A stretch of 64,000 nt of DNA from Vulcanimicrobiales bacterium (GCA_038215615.1 JBBQQR010000003.1:1-64000), one strand, 5' to 3'; positions 20,287-29,535 are shown, numbered from the stretch's first letter. A program made the numbers and translations. The notes: a model not told the origin generated them from the letters alone.

Positions 20287-22409
20287 GACGCCGCAGGCAC
20301 GGAGAGAACTTCTTGCGTCGGCAGCAGTTCGGTGGGAATGGCGCTAACATCGTGCGTTTTGTCGGTACGGCACTCGAGCGTCACGATGCCGCCGCGCTTG
20401 ATCTTCGCGACGACGACGCCGCCGCAGACCGTACAGCGTTCGGGAACGACGCGATCCCACGAAACGAAATCGCAGCGCGGGTAATTCGCGCATCCGTAAA
20501 ACACGCGGCCCTTCTTGGAGCGCCTCTCGACCACCATGCCGCCGTCTTTGGGGCACTTGGCGCCGGTGTCTTTGAGGATTGGGCGCGTTGTCTTACACTC
20601 GGGGTATCCCGTGCACGAAATGAAACGCCCGAACCGTCCGGTTTTAATCACCATCGGGCGGCCGCACTTCGGGCAGATCTCGTCCGTGGGCTCGTCTTTG
20701 AATTCGAGCTTCGGCAGTTTTTCTTCCGCCGCCGCCAGCTCTTTGGCAAACGGTCCGTAGAATTTCGTGAGCAGTTCGACCCAGTCGGCCTTCTGCTCGG
20801 CGACTTTGTCGAGGTCGCCCTCCATTTGTGCCGTGAAATTCAAATCCAAAACGTCGGGAAAATGCTCGGCCAGCAGATCGTTGACTGCAAAGCCGATCTC
20901 GGTCGGCGAAAAACGCCGTTCGGACTGCGTGACGTACCCGCGCGCTTGGATCGTTTCGACGATCGTGCTGTAGGTCGACGGGCGCCCGATGCCGTTCTCC
21001 TCGAGCGACTTGACCAGCGAGGCTTCTGTAAAACGCGGAGGCGGCTCGGTGAAATGCTGCTTGGGCTCCAGACCCGCGAAAGCGAGGGTTTCGTCTTGCT
21101 CCAGCTTCGGGAGCCGCTTCGTGTCGGCCGTCACCGCCGCTTCGTCGCGGCTCTCTTCATACAACTTGGTGTAGCCGGCAAATTTCATGACGCTGCCCGA
21201 CGCGCGGAACGTGTAGGCCTTGGCGGAGATATCAACCGACGTTTGATCGAAGACGGCGGCAGACATCTGCGAGCCGATAAAGCGTTCCCAGATCAGCGTG
21301 TAGATCCGCAGATCGTCGCGCTTGAGAAACGGCGCGACTTTTTCGGGCGTATGATGGGCGAGCGTGGGACGGATCGCTTCGTGCGCGTCTTGCGCGCCTT
21401 CACGAACGCGATGTTCGCGGCCGCCGTAGTACGCTTCGCCAAATGTGCCGACGATAAACTCTTTGGCAGCTTGGCGCGCCTGATCTGAGACGCGCGTCGA
21501 GTCCGTTCGCATGTACGTGATCAAACCGACGGTGCCTTCGGCCCCCAGATCGACGCCTTCATAGAGGCCTTGCGCGATCTGCATTGTGCGCCGCACGCGC
21601 AGGCGCAGTTTTCGGGACGCTTCCTGCTGCAGCGTTGAGGTCGTGAACGGCGCCGGCGCATTGCGGCGGCCTTCGCGCTGTTTGATGGAAGCGACGCGGT
21701 ACTCCGCGCCTTGAAGATCGGCTACGACGCGGTCCGCTTCGGCCTGTGTTTGAACGTCGATTTTCTCGCCATCGCGCGCAAAGAGCTCGGCCGGGAAGAC
21801 GAACTCCGGTTCGCTGCGGGCAGAGAGCAGCGTGGCGACCGACCAATACTCGCGCGGGATGAAGGCAAGAATCTCGCGTTCGCGATCGACGATCAGTCTG
21901 ACGGCGACCGACTGCACCCGTCCTGCGGAAAGTCCGCCGCGCACCTTAGCCCAGAGCAGCGGAGAAATTTTGTACCCGACCAGCCGGTCGAGAATGCGGC
22001 GCGCCTGCTGCGCGTTCACGCGATCGATGTCGATCGGGTGCGGATTCCGGATAGCCGCCATGGCGGCGTCCTTCGTTATTTCATGGAGTTCGATGCGCTT
22101 TGGATGGTCGAGTTTGAGCAGCTCGGCCAAATGCCACGCGATCGCCTCGCCTTCGCGGTCGGGGTCGGTCGCCAGGTAGACCTCACTGGCCGACTTGACC
22201 GCCGATTTGAGCTCCTTGATCACGTCGCCTTTGCCCTTGATCGTCAAATACTTGGGCGTAAAGCCGTGCTCGACGTCCACTCCCAGGGTGCTTTTGGGCA
22301 AATCGCGGACGTGCCCGACCGAAGCCTTCACAACATAGCGGGCTGGAAGAAACTTCTTGATCGTGCGCGCCTTGGTCGGCGACTCCACGATAATCAAGGG
22401 CTTTTTCAC
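20283..22409 (-). CDS. topA: DNA topoisomerase I with C-terminal zinc ribbons
   Basis: VESPTKA, DPDREGE, SAGRVQS, ITYMRTD, GIGRPSTY, C4 zinc ribbons. Confidence 0.98.
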   Translation of the reverse strand: MKKPLIIVESPTKARTIKKFLPARYVVKASVGHVRDLPKSTLGVDVEHGFTPKYLTIKGKGDVIKELKSAVKSASEVYLATDPDREGEAIAWHLAELLKLDHPKRIELHEITKDAAMAAIRNPHPIDIDRVNAQQARRILDRLVGYKISPLLWAKVRGGLSAGRVQSVAVRLIVDREREILAFIPREYWSVATLLSARSEPEFVFPAELFARDGEKIDVQTQAEADRVVADLQGAEYRVASIKQREGRRNAPAPFTTSTLQQEASRKLRLRVRRTMQIAQGLYEGVDLGAEGTVGLITYMRTDSTRVSDQARQAAKEFIVGTFGEAYYGGREHRVREGAQDAHEAIRPTLAHHTPEKVAPFLKRDDLRIYTLIWERFIGSQMSAAVFDQTSVDISAKAYTFRASGSVMKFAGYTKLYEESRDEAAVTADTKRLPKLEQDETLAFAGLEPKQHFTEPPPRFTEASLVKSLEENGIGRPSTYSTIVETIQARGYVTQSERRFSPTEIGFAVNDLLAEHFPDVLDLNFTAQMEGDLDKVAEQKADWVELLTKFYGPFAKELAAAEEKLPKLEFKDEPTDEICPKCGRPMVIKTGRFGRFISCTGYPECKTTRPILKDTGAKCPKDGGMVVERRSKKGRVFYGCANYPRCDFVSWDRVVPERCTVCGGVVVAKIKRGGIVTLECRTDKTHDVSAIPTELLPTQEVLSVPAAS

Positions 22410-22467
22410 GGGCCTTAGTATACCGCCCCGGTCAAGCTCACGCCAAATCCTTGACCGTTTCGAGCAT

Positions 22468-22496
22468 TTGCATTTTGCAAAAAAACAATCTATGAT
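22468..22496 (+). promoter_or_regulatory. Sigma70-type promoter of the basic repeat protein gene
   Basis: TTGCAT (22468-22473) - 17 bp - TATGAT (22491-22496). Confidence 0.65.
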
Positions 22497-22540
22497 GCAG
22501 CACGAGCGCTTAAAAAAGCGCCAGTACTAAGGGGGAATGA

Positions 22541-22894
22541 ATGGATTCCGATCTGATGCAAAACGGCGGCACGATGGGCGAAGAATCCGAGTCTTCAGGA
22601 CTCGGCGGACGCCGCGGCGGCCGGCGCAGAAAGTCCGGCGGACGTAAGACCACGCGCAAGAGCGCGGGACGCAAAAAAGCCGGGCGTAAAAAAGCCGGCG
22701 GCCGTAAGAAGGCCGGCGGACGCAAGAAGGCCGGTGGCCGAAAGAAGGCCGGCGGACGCAAAAAAGGCGGACGCAAGAAAGCCGGACGTAAGACGGGCGG
22801 CCGCAAGAAGGCGGCTCGCAAGACGGGCGGACGCAAGAAAGGCGGACGCAAGAAAGGCGGACGCAAAAAGAGCGGGAGAGGCAAAAAACGCTAA
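22541..22894 (+). CDS. Histone H1/protamine-like Gly-Arg-Lys repeat protein
   Basis: AAGGGGG SD; 11 GRKK units with synonymous codon variation; own promoter and terminator. Confidence 0.85.
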   Translation: MDSDLMQNGGTMGEESESSGLGGRRGGRRRKSGGRKTTRKSAGRKKAGRKKAGGRKKAGGRKKAGGRKKAGGRKKGGRKKAGRKTGGRKKAARKTGGRKKGGRKKGGRKKSGRGKKR

Positions 22895-22910
22895 GCGCGT
22901 CCCAAAGCGA

Positions 22911-22944
22911 AAAAGAGCGGCCGGAAACGGCCGCTCTTCCATTT
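22911..22944 (+). terminator. Intrinsic terminator hairpin
   Basis: AAGAGCGGCCG-GAAA-CGGCCGCTCTT perfect 11-bp stem. Confidence 0.8.
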
Positions 22945-22957
22945 AACTCCGCGGATA

Positions 22958-23941
22958 ATGGAATTGATCGTTCTCGGGGAGCGTGACGTCTACGAGCTGC
23001 TGCCGATAGCCGAGTGCATTGCGGTGATGGAAGGCGCGTTCAAAACGGTCGCCGCCGGAAAATTCGCCCAGCCCGCGCGCCTGATCGCGTGGCTGCCCGG
23101 TGGCCACGGTGCCATCGGCTCGATGCCCGCCTATCTGGGTTATCCGGACGCGCTGGCCGTTAAAGTGATCACCGTTTTCCCGGAAAACCGCGCCGCCGGA
23201 TTGGAAAGCCATCAAGGCTCGGTGCTGCTCCACGAAACGCAGACCGGATCTCCGCTGGCCATCATTCACGCCGGCGCGGTAACGGCGATTCGCACCGCCG
23301 CCGTCAGCGCGCTCGCCGCACGCATTCTTTCCAACCCTGGAGCGGCACGGCTCGCGCTGCTGGGTTCGGGAACGCAGGCGCGCACGCACTTCGAAGCCAT
23401 GCGCGCGATCCGCCCGATCGCCTACGTAAAGGTTTGGAGCCGCACGCCGGATCACGCGCGTGCGTTCGCCCGCGAGGAATCGGACCGCCACGGCGTTCCC
23501 ATCGAGGTCGCACAATCCGCGCGCGATGCGGTAAACGGCTGCGACATCGTTTGCACCCTGACGGCGGCAACGTCTCCAGTGCTGGAAGGCGCGTGGTTGG
23601 AACCGGGAATGCACGTGAACGCGGTCGGCTCTTCCGTGCCCCCGTTTCGCGAACTCGACGCGCAAGCCGTGAAACGCGCGCGTCTTTTTGTGGACAACCG
23701 CGACTGCGTTCTGAATGAGGCCGACGATTTGCGCGTGCCGATCGCGCAAGGCGCCATCACGGTGGAACACATTCTCGCTGACCTCGGCGAGTTGGTAACG
23801 GCCAAAGTGCCGGGGCGCACGTCACCAGACGATGTCACGCTCTTTAAATCGGTGGGAATGGCGATTGAAGACGTCGCGGCCGCGCGCGCGCTCTATACGC
23901 GTGCGCGGGCCCGGGGGCGCGGCACGCGCGTCGAATATTGA
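22958..23941 (+). CDS. Ornithine cyclodeaminase / mu-crystallin family protein
   Basis: TAIRTAAVS, GSGTQA, HVNAVGS, LFKSVGMAIED. Confidence 0.93.
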   Translation: MELIVLGERDVYELLPIAECIAVMEGAFKTVAAGKFAQPARLIAWLPGGHGAIGSMPAYLGYPDALAVKVITVFPENRAAGLESHQGSVLLHETQTGSPLAIIHAGAVTAIRTAAVSALAARILSNPGAARLALLGSGTQARTHFEAMRAIRPIAYVKVWSRTPDHARAFAREESDRHGVPIEVAQSARDAVNGCDIVCTLTAATSPVLEGAWLEPGMHVNAVGSSVPPFRELDAQAVKRARLFVDNRDCVLNEADDLRVPIAQGAITVEHILADLGELVTAKVPGRTSPDDVTLFKSVGMAIEDVAAARALYTRARARGRGTRVEY

Positions 23942-24723
23942 TCGCCATGGACCGCTTCATCCAAGACGGCTTCGCCATCTTTCCCGGGTTCAAGACGCAG
24001 CGCGAAATCTCCGATCTGCGTGCGCGGGCCGAAGCGATCGCCCGCGAGGGCGCTTCCGAACCGGTCTCCATCTTCAGCACGAGCGATCAGGCACGCAAGT
24101 CGGACGAGTATTTCCTGACCTCCGGCGATAAGATCCGCTGTTTTTTTGAAGAGGACGGCACGACCGTCAATAAAATCGGCCACGCGATGCACGATCTCGA
24201 TCCGGTCTTCGACCGCTTCTCGCACGACGCGCGCTTAGCGGAGATTGCCGCGCGTGCCGGACTCCCGGAACCGGCGCTCTATCAATCCATGTACATCTTC
24301 AAGCAGCCGCGGGTCGGCGGCGTCGTCGACTGGCACCAAGACGCAGCCTTCTTGCGCACCGATCCCGTCAGCGTGACGGCGTTCTGGTTTGCGCTCGACG
24401 ATGCGGATCGGACCAACGGCTGTTTGTGGGTTCAACCCGGCGGCCACCGGTCGCCGCTGCGCAACCAATTCGTTGTGCGCAACGGCGAGGCCGAGCTTCA
24501 AACGCTCGACCCGACACCGTGGCCCGATCTCACGCAAGCGATCCTGGTCGAGGTCGAGGCCGGTACGCTCGTCGTTTTCAACGGTTTACTGCCGCACTAC
24601 AGCGCGCCGAATACCTCGGAGCGGCCGCGCCACGCGTACACGCTCCATGCTGTCGATGCGCGCGCCGCATACGCGTCCGACAACTGGCTGCAGCGGCCAC
24701 ATTTGCCGCTGCGCGGCTTATAG
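23938..24723 (+). CDS. Phytanoyl-CoA dioxygenase (PhyH) family 2OG-Fe(II) oxygenase
   Basis: NKIGHAMH, QSMYIFKQP, WHQD, NGCL, H.S..N.S...R. Confidence 0.92.
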   Translation: MIAMDRFIQDGFAIFPGFKTQREISDLRARAEAIAREGASEPVSIFSTSDQARKSDEYFLTSGDKIRCFFEEDGTTVNKIGHAMHDLDPVFDRFSHDARLAEIAARAGLPEPALYQSMYIFKQPRVGGVVDWHQDAAFLRTDPVSVTAFWFALDDADRTNGCLWVQPGGHRSPLRNQFVVRNGEAELQTLDPTPWPDLTQAILVEVEAGTLVVFNGLLPHYSAPNTSERPRHAYTLHAVDARAAYASDNWLQRPHLPLRGL

Positions 24724-24788
24724 CCAGGAGGAAAATATCACGCTCTCATGGCACCGCCTGAGCAAGTTCTCGTAAGGAAGGATCAGAA

Positions 24789-25268
24789 ATGCGTATTTCA
24801 GCGGTCATGTTTTTTGTCTCGGTTGCCGCTTTGGCAGCGTGCGGCGGGGGCCAGAAGACGACGTACAGCACAACCGACGGCACCGCAACGGTGACCAAGA
24901 GTGGCAAAACGACGACCTTTGAATCAAAATCAGGAAAAATCGCCGTCGGCGCCGTCGACCCGTCGAAGCTCGGTGCGCCGATCTATCCGGGCGCGGCCCA
25001 GAATGACCAAAACGGTGCGATGAGCGTGACGAGCAACGGAAAAAAGGGGACAGTGCTGGCCGCATTTTCGACCGGCGACAAATTTTCGGCCGTCGAGGCG
25101 TGGTACAAGGCACATATGCCCAAAGGCTCTGAAACCGTGAGCGACCAGACCGGCGGCGGGTACGCCGTATTCGTAACAGCCGCAGGTACGCCAAACCAAA
25201 CATCGGTGACGATCACGGAGCAAGACGGTAAGACGGGGTTCCTTATCACGCACGGCCCGCCGCTCTAG
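24789..25268 (+). CDS. Hypothetical lipoprotein
   Basis: Lipobox LAAC; PIYPGA...V..WYK motif; beta-rich. Confidence 0.85.
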   Translation: MRISAVMFFVSVAALAACGGGQKTTYSTTDGTATVTKSGKTTTFESKSGKIAVGAVDPSKLGAPIYPGAAQNDQNGAMSVTSNGKKGTVLAAFSTGDKFSAVEAWYKAHMPKGSETVSDQTGGGYAVFVTAAGTPNQTSVTITEQDGKTGFLITHGPPL

Positions 25269-25303
25269 GCCGGAGCGTTCAGGTTACCGGAATCCGCCAA
25301 GAG

Positions 25304-25804
25304 CTACTTGGCTTTTTTGTATTTTGAAGAGTATCCCAGCGTCGTCAGCTTGCGATCGAGGGCGCGCATTTGTTTGACGATCTCGGTATCCTCGGCCATG
25401 AATTGAGAAGGCAAGCGCGTCGCATTTTGCTGCACGAAATCTTCCGCTTGCCAAAAATCGTCGACGCGCTGACGCGCGACTGCGTACTGCTTGATTTCCG
25501 TGTCGAACAACCCGCTCATAAAATCGCCCAAGTAATGGATCCGGATCAGCTCGGAGAGCGTTACAAACGAGAACTTGCTTACGTCGTCGTTGCCGCCGCA
25601 ATCGCCGTTGCCGTCCCAAATCTTGTCCAATCCGGCTAGCAGTGCGGCGGTTTTGTTGTTTTCGACCTGGGTCCACAGATTCGTTGTGAAAATGAACTTC
25701 TGATGGATCGCTTCGGGCGTGCAGACGTAGTCGGCAGCCTTAGCCGCTCCAAACGCCATGAGAATGCTGGCACATAGCGCACATCCTGCGGCAATAATTT
25801 TCAT
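25304..25804 (-). CDS. Secreted hypothetical protein
   Basis: Signal peptide ending AKA; long ORF, lower GC; starts just downstream of a tRNA-Asn fragment. Confidence 0.75.
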   Translation of the reverse strand: MKIIAAGCALCASILMAFGAAKAADYVCTPEAIHQKFIFTTNLWTQVENNKTAALLAGLDKIWDGNGDCGGNDDVSKFSFVTLSELIRIHYLGDFMSGLFDTEIKQYAVARQRVDDFWQAEDFVQQNATRLPSQFMAEDTEIVKQMRALDRKLTTLGYSSKYKKAK

Positions 25805-25844
25805 AGCCAAGGCTACGGTGCGCTCGCGCAGGTTTCCTATAAGG

Positions 25845-25886
25845 TCCGGATGCTGGACTCGAACCAGCGACCCGCTGATTAACAGT
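25845..25886 (-). repeat. Third, divergent copy of the tRNA-Asn 3' half (att-like relic)
   Basis: 40/42 match to 36055-36096; the two differences (25853, 25867) form one T-stem pair. Confidence 0.9.
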
Positions 25887-25887
25887 T

Positions 25888-26022
25888 GGTAACAACGAAC
25901 GGAACGAGGGCGGGGGCTCGATCGCCGAATTCACGATGGCCGAAAACACCCCGAACCAAACGCTCGTGATGATCACGGGAAAAGACAACGCGACGCAGAT
26001 CGTCATCACCCACGGCAAGTAG
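25888..26022 (+). pseudogene. Orphan 3' fragment paralogous to the lipoprotein at 24789-25268
   Basis: EGGGSIAEFTMAENTPNQTLVMITGKDNATQIVITHGK* versus TGGGYAVFVTAAGTPNQTSVTITEQDGKTGFLITHGPPL*; both end TAGGCCGG. Confidence 0.8.
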
Positions 26023-26090
26023 GCCGGGGTGTCCTAATTCGTCGGAAATAGGCCATTGCGGCCACGAGGCCGGCGGCGTACACTTCGGAT

Positions 26091-27065
26091 ATGAAGGTAC
26101 GCCGCATCGCTCTTCTCGGCTACGACGGAGTGCAAGCCCTAGACATCGCCGGGCCGGCCGACGTTTTTTCGACCGCCAACTATATTCTGCAGCACAAGAC
26201 GCCGCCGTATGAAGTCTTGCTTCTCGGCACGCGCAAAGGCGCGCTGCGGACTGAGTCCGGATTATCGTATCACGTCAGCGACACGCTGCCTGAAGCGGGG
26301 CTGCTCGACACGATCATCGTTCCGGGCGGAAGTGCGCTGCGGCTCGAGCCGAAGGTGCGAACCGCGGTCGCGAACTGGCTGCGCGAACGCGCGCGCCTCG
26401 CCCGCCGCGTCGTTTCGGTCTGCACGGGAATCTACGGACTCGCGGAATCCGGACTGCTCGACGGGCGCACGGTTACCACGCACTGGCGCTTCGCTCGCGA
26501 CGTGAAAGAACGCTGGAAAGCGATCCGCGTGGATGCCGACGCGATCTTCGTGAAAGACGGCAAATTTTACACGTCGGCCGGCATAACCGCCGGGATCGAT
26601 CTTTCGCTGGCACTCGTGGAAGAGGACCACGGCAGCGAGGTTGCTCTCGACGTCGCACGCGAGTTGGTCGTTTATCTCAAACGTTCCGGCGGCCAACTCC
26701 AGTACTCGCAGCCGTTGCTTCTGCAAACCCGGGCGAAGGGGAAATTCGGCGATATCGCGTCTTGGATTCGCGGAAACCTCGACGAAGATCTTACCGTCGA
26801 AGCGCTCGCGGAACACGCGCACCTCAGCCCGCGCCAGTTCAACCGGAAGTTCAAAGCGTTTTTCGGAGTGGCGCCGGCTGAGTTCGTTCAAGAGCTGCGC
26901 TTGGACGAAGCGCGCTGGCTGCTCGTGAATTCCGACAGTCCGATGGACGATCTCGCAGCCGACGTCGGCTACCGCAGCGACGACACGTTCCGGCGCGCAT
27001 TCGAGCGCCAATTCGGCGTCGCGCCCGGCGAGTACCGCAAGCGCTTCGGAGGAGTCGCCTTATGA
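26091..27065 (+). CDS. GlxA/FtrA family regulator (DJ-1/PfpI + AraC HTH)
   Basis: SVCTG, TTHW, TSAGITAGID, R.GGQ.QYS, two HTH motifs; TTGCGG-17-TACACT promoter 6 nt before ATG. Confidence 0.94.
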   Translation: MKVRRIALLGYDGVQALDIAGPADVFSTANYILQHKTPPYEVLLLGTRKGALRTESGLSYHVSDTLPEAGLLDTIIVPGGSALRLEPKVRTAVANWLRERARLARRVVSVCTGIYGLAESGLLDGRTVTTHWRFARDVKERWKAIRVDADAIFVKDGKFYTSAGITAGIDLSLALVEEDHGSEVALDVARELVVYLKRSGGQLQYSQPLLLQTRAKGKFGDIASWIRGNLDEDLTVEALAEHAHLSPRQFNRKFKAFFGVAPAEFVQELRLDEARWLLVNSDSPMDDLAADVGYRSDDTFRRAFERQFGVAPGEYRKRFGGVAL

Positions 27066-28555
27066 AACGATCTGGTTTGCCTGCGATCGCGGGTTTGCTG
27101 GCGTTTGTCTTTCATCTCATTGCGAATCCGCATTACGGCTTCTTCCGAGACGAGCTCTATTTCATCATCTGCGGATTCCATCCGCAGTGGGGATATGTCG
27201 ATCAACCTCCGGTGACGCCACTGCTGGCGGCCGGATCGCAACTTTTCGGACATTCGCTGTTCGTGTTGCGCGCTGTCCCCGCGATTTTCGGCGGAGCGTC
27301 GATCTATGTGGTCTGCGTGCTCGTCCTGGAACTGGGCGGCGGAAAATTTGCCGCGATCTTGGCAGCGATCGGCGCGACGCTTTCGCTCGTGCTGGCGTCG
27401 TTCGCCATGAAAACCGGGCCGGATATGGTCGGCCTGTGGCTTTGGCCGCTCGTAGTGCTCTACGTCGTGCGCATCATACGCGGAGGAGATCCGCGACTGT
27501 GGCTGGCGGCCGGCACCGCGATCGGCTTTGGCCTCGAAAGCAAATACACGACCATCTTCTTTTTGCTCGCGCTTGTTCTCGGGTTGCTGTTGACACCCGA
27601 GCGTATCATCTTGCGCTCGAAATGGTTTGCGGCCGGAGTTGCGCTCGCGGTCGTTATCGCGCTGCCGAACTTCATCTGGCAAGCGGTCAACGGATTTCCG
27701 ATGCTGGAGCTGCTGCGCGCCGGACAATCCGGGAAAAATGTTGCCTTGTCGCCGCTTATGTACCTCATCACACAAATAATAATCACCAATCCGTTGTTGG
27801 CTTTGGTTTGGATATGTGGCCTCATCTGGTGTTTCTTCAGTCCGCGGCTACGTTTTCTCGGTTACGGCTACGTGTTGCTGATCGTCATGATGATCGCCAC
27901 GCACGCAAAACACTACTATCCGGCCGACATCTATCCGGCGCTGTTTGCCACCGGCGGCGTTGCGATTGCGATCTGGACGCAGCACTCCCGCTTCCTGCGC
28001 CCGGTTTTCGCGGCGGCAGCTGTAACAGCGGGCCTCGTACTGCTGCCGTATGTCGAGCCGGTGCTTCCGGAACAAACGTTTATCGCGTACAACAAAGCTG
28101 TGGGACCGAAAATCGGAGAGTCCTCCATGGCCAGCGAGCGGCTCAAACAAAACTGGATGACCCAAGATTGGGCGGACATGCACGGGTGGCCCGAGCTTGC
28201 CGTGGCCGTACAGTCGGTTTACGACGCGCTTCCGCCGCTGGATCGCGCGCAAGCGGTTGCGGTGGGCCAGAATTATGGCGAGGCAAGCGCGATCGAATTT
28301 TTCAGCAGCGTACCGGTCATCAGCGGGCACAACCAGTATTATCTGTGGGGAACGCGTGGATATAGCGGCAACGTCGTGATCGACGTCGGCGGCGATTGCG
28401 GCGCATCATCGCACCTCTTCCGAGCATCCATCCGCGCGGCAATGTTTACGGCGCCATACGTCATGCCCTACGAAGACCATCTTCCGATCATGGTCTGCCG
28501 CGGCATAGCCAAGCCGCTGCAGCAGATCTGGCCGGCCGTGAAGCACTACATCTAG
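27062..28555 (+). CDS. GT-C membrane glycosyltransferase (family 39/ArnT-like)
   Basis: RDELYF...GYVDQPP, SKYT, PNFIWQ; multiple TM helices. Confidence 0.88.
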   Translation: MKRSGLPAIAGLLAFVFHLIANPHYGFFRDELYFIICGFHPQWGYVDQPPVTPLLAAGSQLFGHSLFVLRAVPAIFGGASIYVVCVLVLELGGGKFAAILAAIGATLSLVLASFAMKTGPDMVGLWLWPLVVLYVVRIIRGGDPRLWLAAGTAIGFGLESKYTTIFFLLALVLGLLLTPERIILRSKWFAAGVALAVVIALPNFIWQAVNGFPMLELLRAGQSGKNVALSPLMYLITQIIITNPLLALVWICGLIWCFFSPRLRFLGYGYVLLIVMMIATHAKHYYPADIYPALFATGGVAIAIWTQHSRFLRPVFAAAAVTAGLVLLPYVEPVLPEQTFIAYNKAVGPKIGESSMASERLKQNWMTQDWADMHGWPELAVAVQSVYDALPPLDRAQAVAVGQNYGEASAIEFFSSVPVISGHNQYYLWGTRGYSGNVVIDVGGDCGASSHLFRASIRAAMFTAPYVMPYEDHLPIMVCRGIAKPLQQIWPAVKHYI

Positions 28556-28558
28556 CGA

Positions 28559-29185
28559 TCAGATGCTTAAAGTGTCACCCACGTTCGCCTGTCCGGGCGA
28601 TTCGACCACGCAGTAGACGCCCATAGTATTCGCGCGTTCGCGCACGACGTAGTTCTGCGCTTCGGGCGTGGGCGGGCCGCCGTTGAGGTCGTAGCTAGGA
28701 ACAACGCAGCGTTTTATCGGTTTGACGACCCGTAAGGCCACCGCTCCAACCGTAATGGTTTTTCCGGTCAGGTCCCCTTCACTCAGATCGAACCCAGGCG
28801 CGGCGCGCGCAACGAGGTTCGGACGCCAACGCCGAGGGTCGAGCGCCTCCCCGATGCTCGACTCGACTTGCGCGATCCAGCAATCGAAAATCAATGAGAT
28901 CGGTAGAGAAAAATGATACGGCCCGTTTGCCGAACGCACGGCGGGCTGCACGCCCCGGCGCCGCGCATCGGCAACGGCATCTTCGGCGTGCTTCCAAAGG
29001 TGCAGCCGGTCGTCGTGTATGCCCTCGTAAGTTTTTCCGGCGCGCACGTGGCCCCCACCCGCGAACAGCGCCGATGCACGATCGCCGGGAATGCCATCTG
29101 CTTCAACATTCGTGCGCGCCAAAGACTCGGCTGCTAAGCTCTTGACCGGATACCGCCAGATAGCAGCGAGCGTACCAAGTTCCAC
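28559..29185 (-). CDS. MOSC domain protein
   Basis: IWRYPVKS, GDR, RRWRPNL, RC, GVY..V..PG...VGD. Confidence 0.9.
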   Translation of the reverse strand: MELGTLAAIWRYPVKSLAAESLARTNVEADGIPGDRASALFAGGGHVRAGKTYEGIHDDRLHLWKHAEDAVADARRRGVQPAVRSANGPYHFSLPISLIFDCWIAQVESSIGEALDPRRWRPNLVARAAPGFDLSEGDLTGKTITVGAVALRVVKPIKRCVVPSYDLNGGPPTPEAQNYVVRERANTMGVYCVVESPGQANVGDTLSI

Positions 29186-29301
29186 GGCTCGGAGACTTTA
29201 CTATTTTTCTTCTCTCTTCCCGGTCGGCGAAGCACACGGGGTGCCACAGGAACGTGACGCGAAGCCAATCGAAGTACGCTTACTGTTAGGAAGGTAAGAA
29301 A

Positions 29302-29490
29302 ATGTTGAAAGCCGGCGATAGAGTCTTCATCGATGGGACGAATGAAGAGGGCACGGTCAAAGAAGTTCATCCGCACGAAATTATCGTGCGCGTGACGACT
29401 CCGCAAGGTCACGAAGAACGCAAGTTCGCAAACGAAGATCTGCGGCTCGATCCCACGATTAAAGAAGCATCCGGCTTCATCGATCACTAG
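29302..29490 (+). CDS. Small SH3/KOW-like hypothetical protein (62 aa)
   Basis: GDRV.I....G.V pattern; AGGAAGG SD; followed by terminator. Confidence 0.75.
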   Translation: MLKAGDRVFIDGTNEEGTVKEVHPHEIIVRVTTPQGHEERKFANEDLRLDPTIKEASGFIDH

Positions 29491-29503
29491 CGCGCGAAAT
29501 GTC

Positions 29504-29532
29504 AAAGAGCCGCCCGGGTTGGGCGGCTCTTT
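29504..29532. terminator. Bidirectional terminator, probably the pre-integration tRNA-Asn terminator
   Basis: AAAGAGCCGCCC-GGGTT-GGGCGGCTCTTT, 3 nt from the CCA end of the duplicated tRNA half. Confidence 0.8.
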
Positions 29533-29535
29533 AGT

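Noticed and set aside
22510..22942. Minus-strand Pro/Phe/Leu and Ala/Ser repeat ORFs
   Set aside because: Antisense shadows of the GRKK gene; promoter, SD and terminator all favour the + strand
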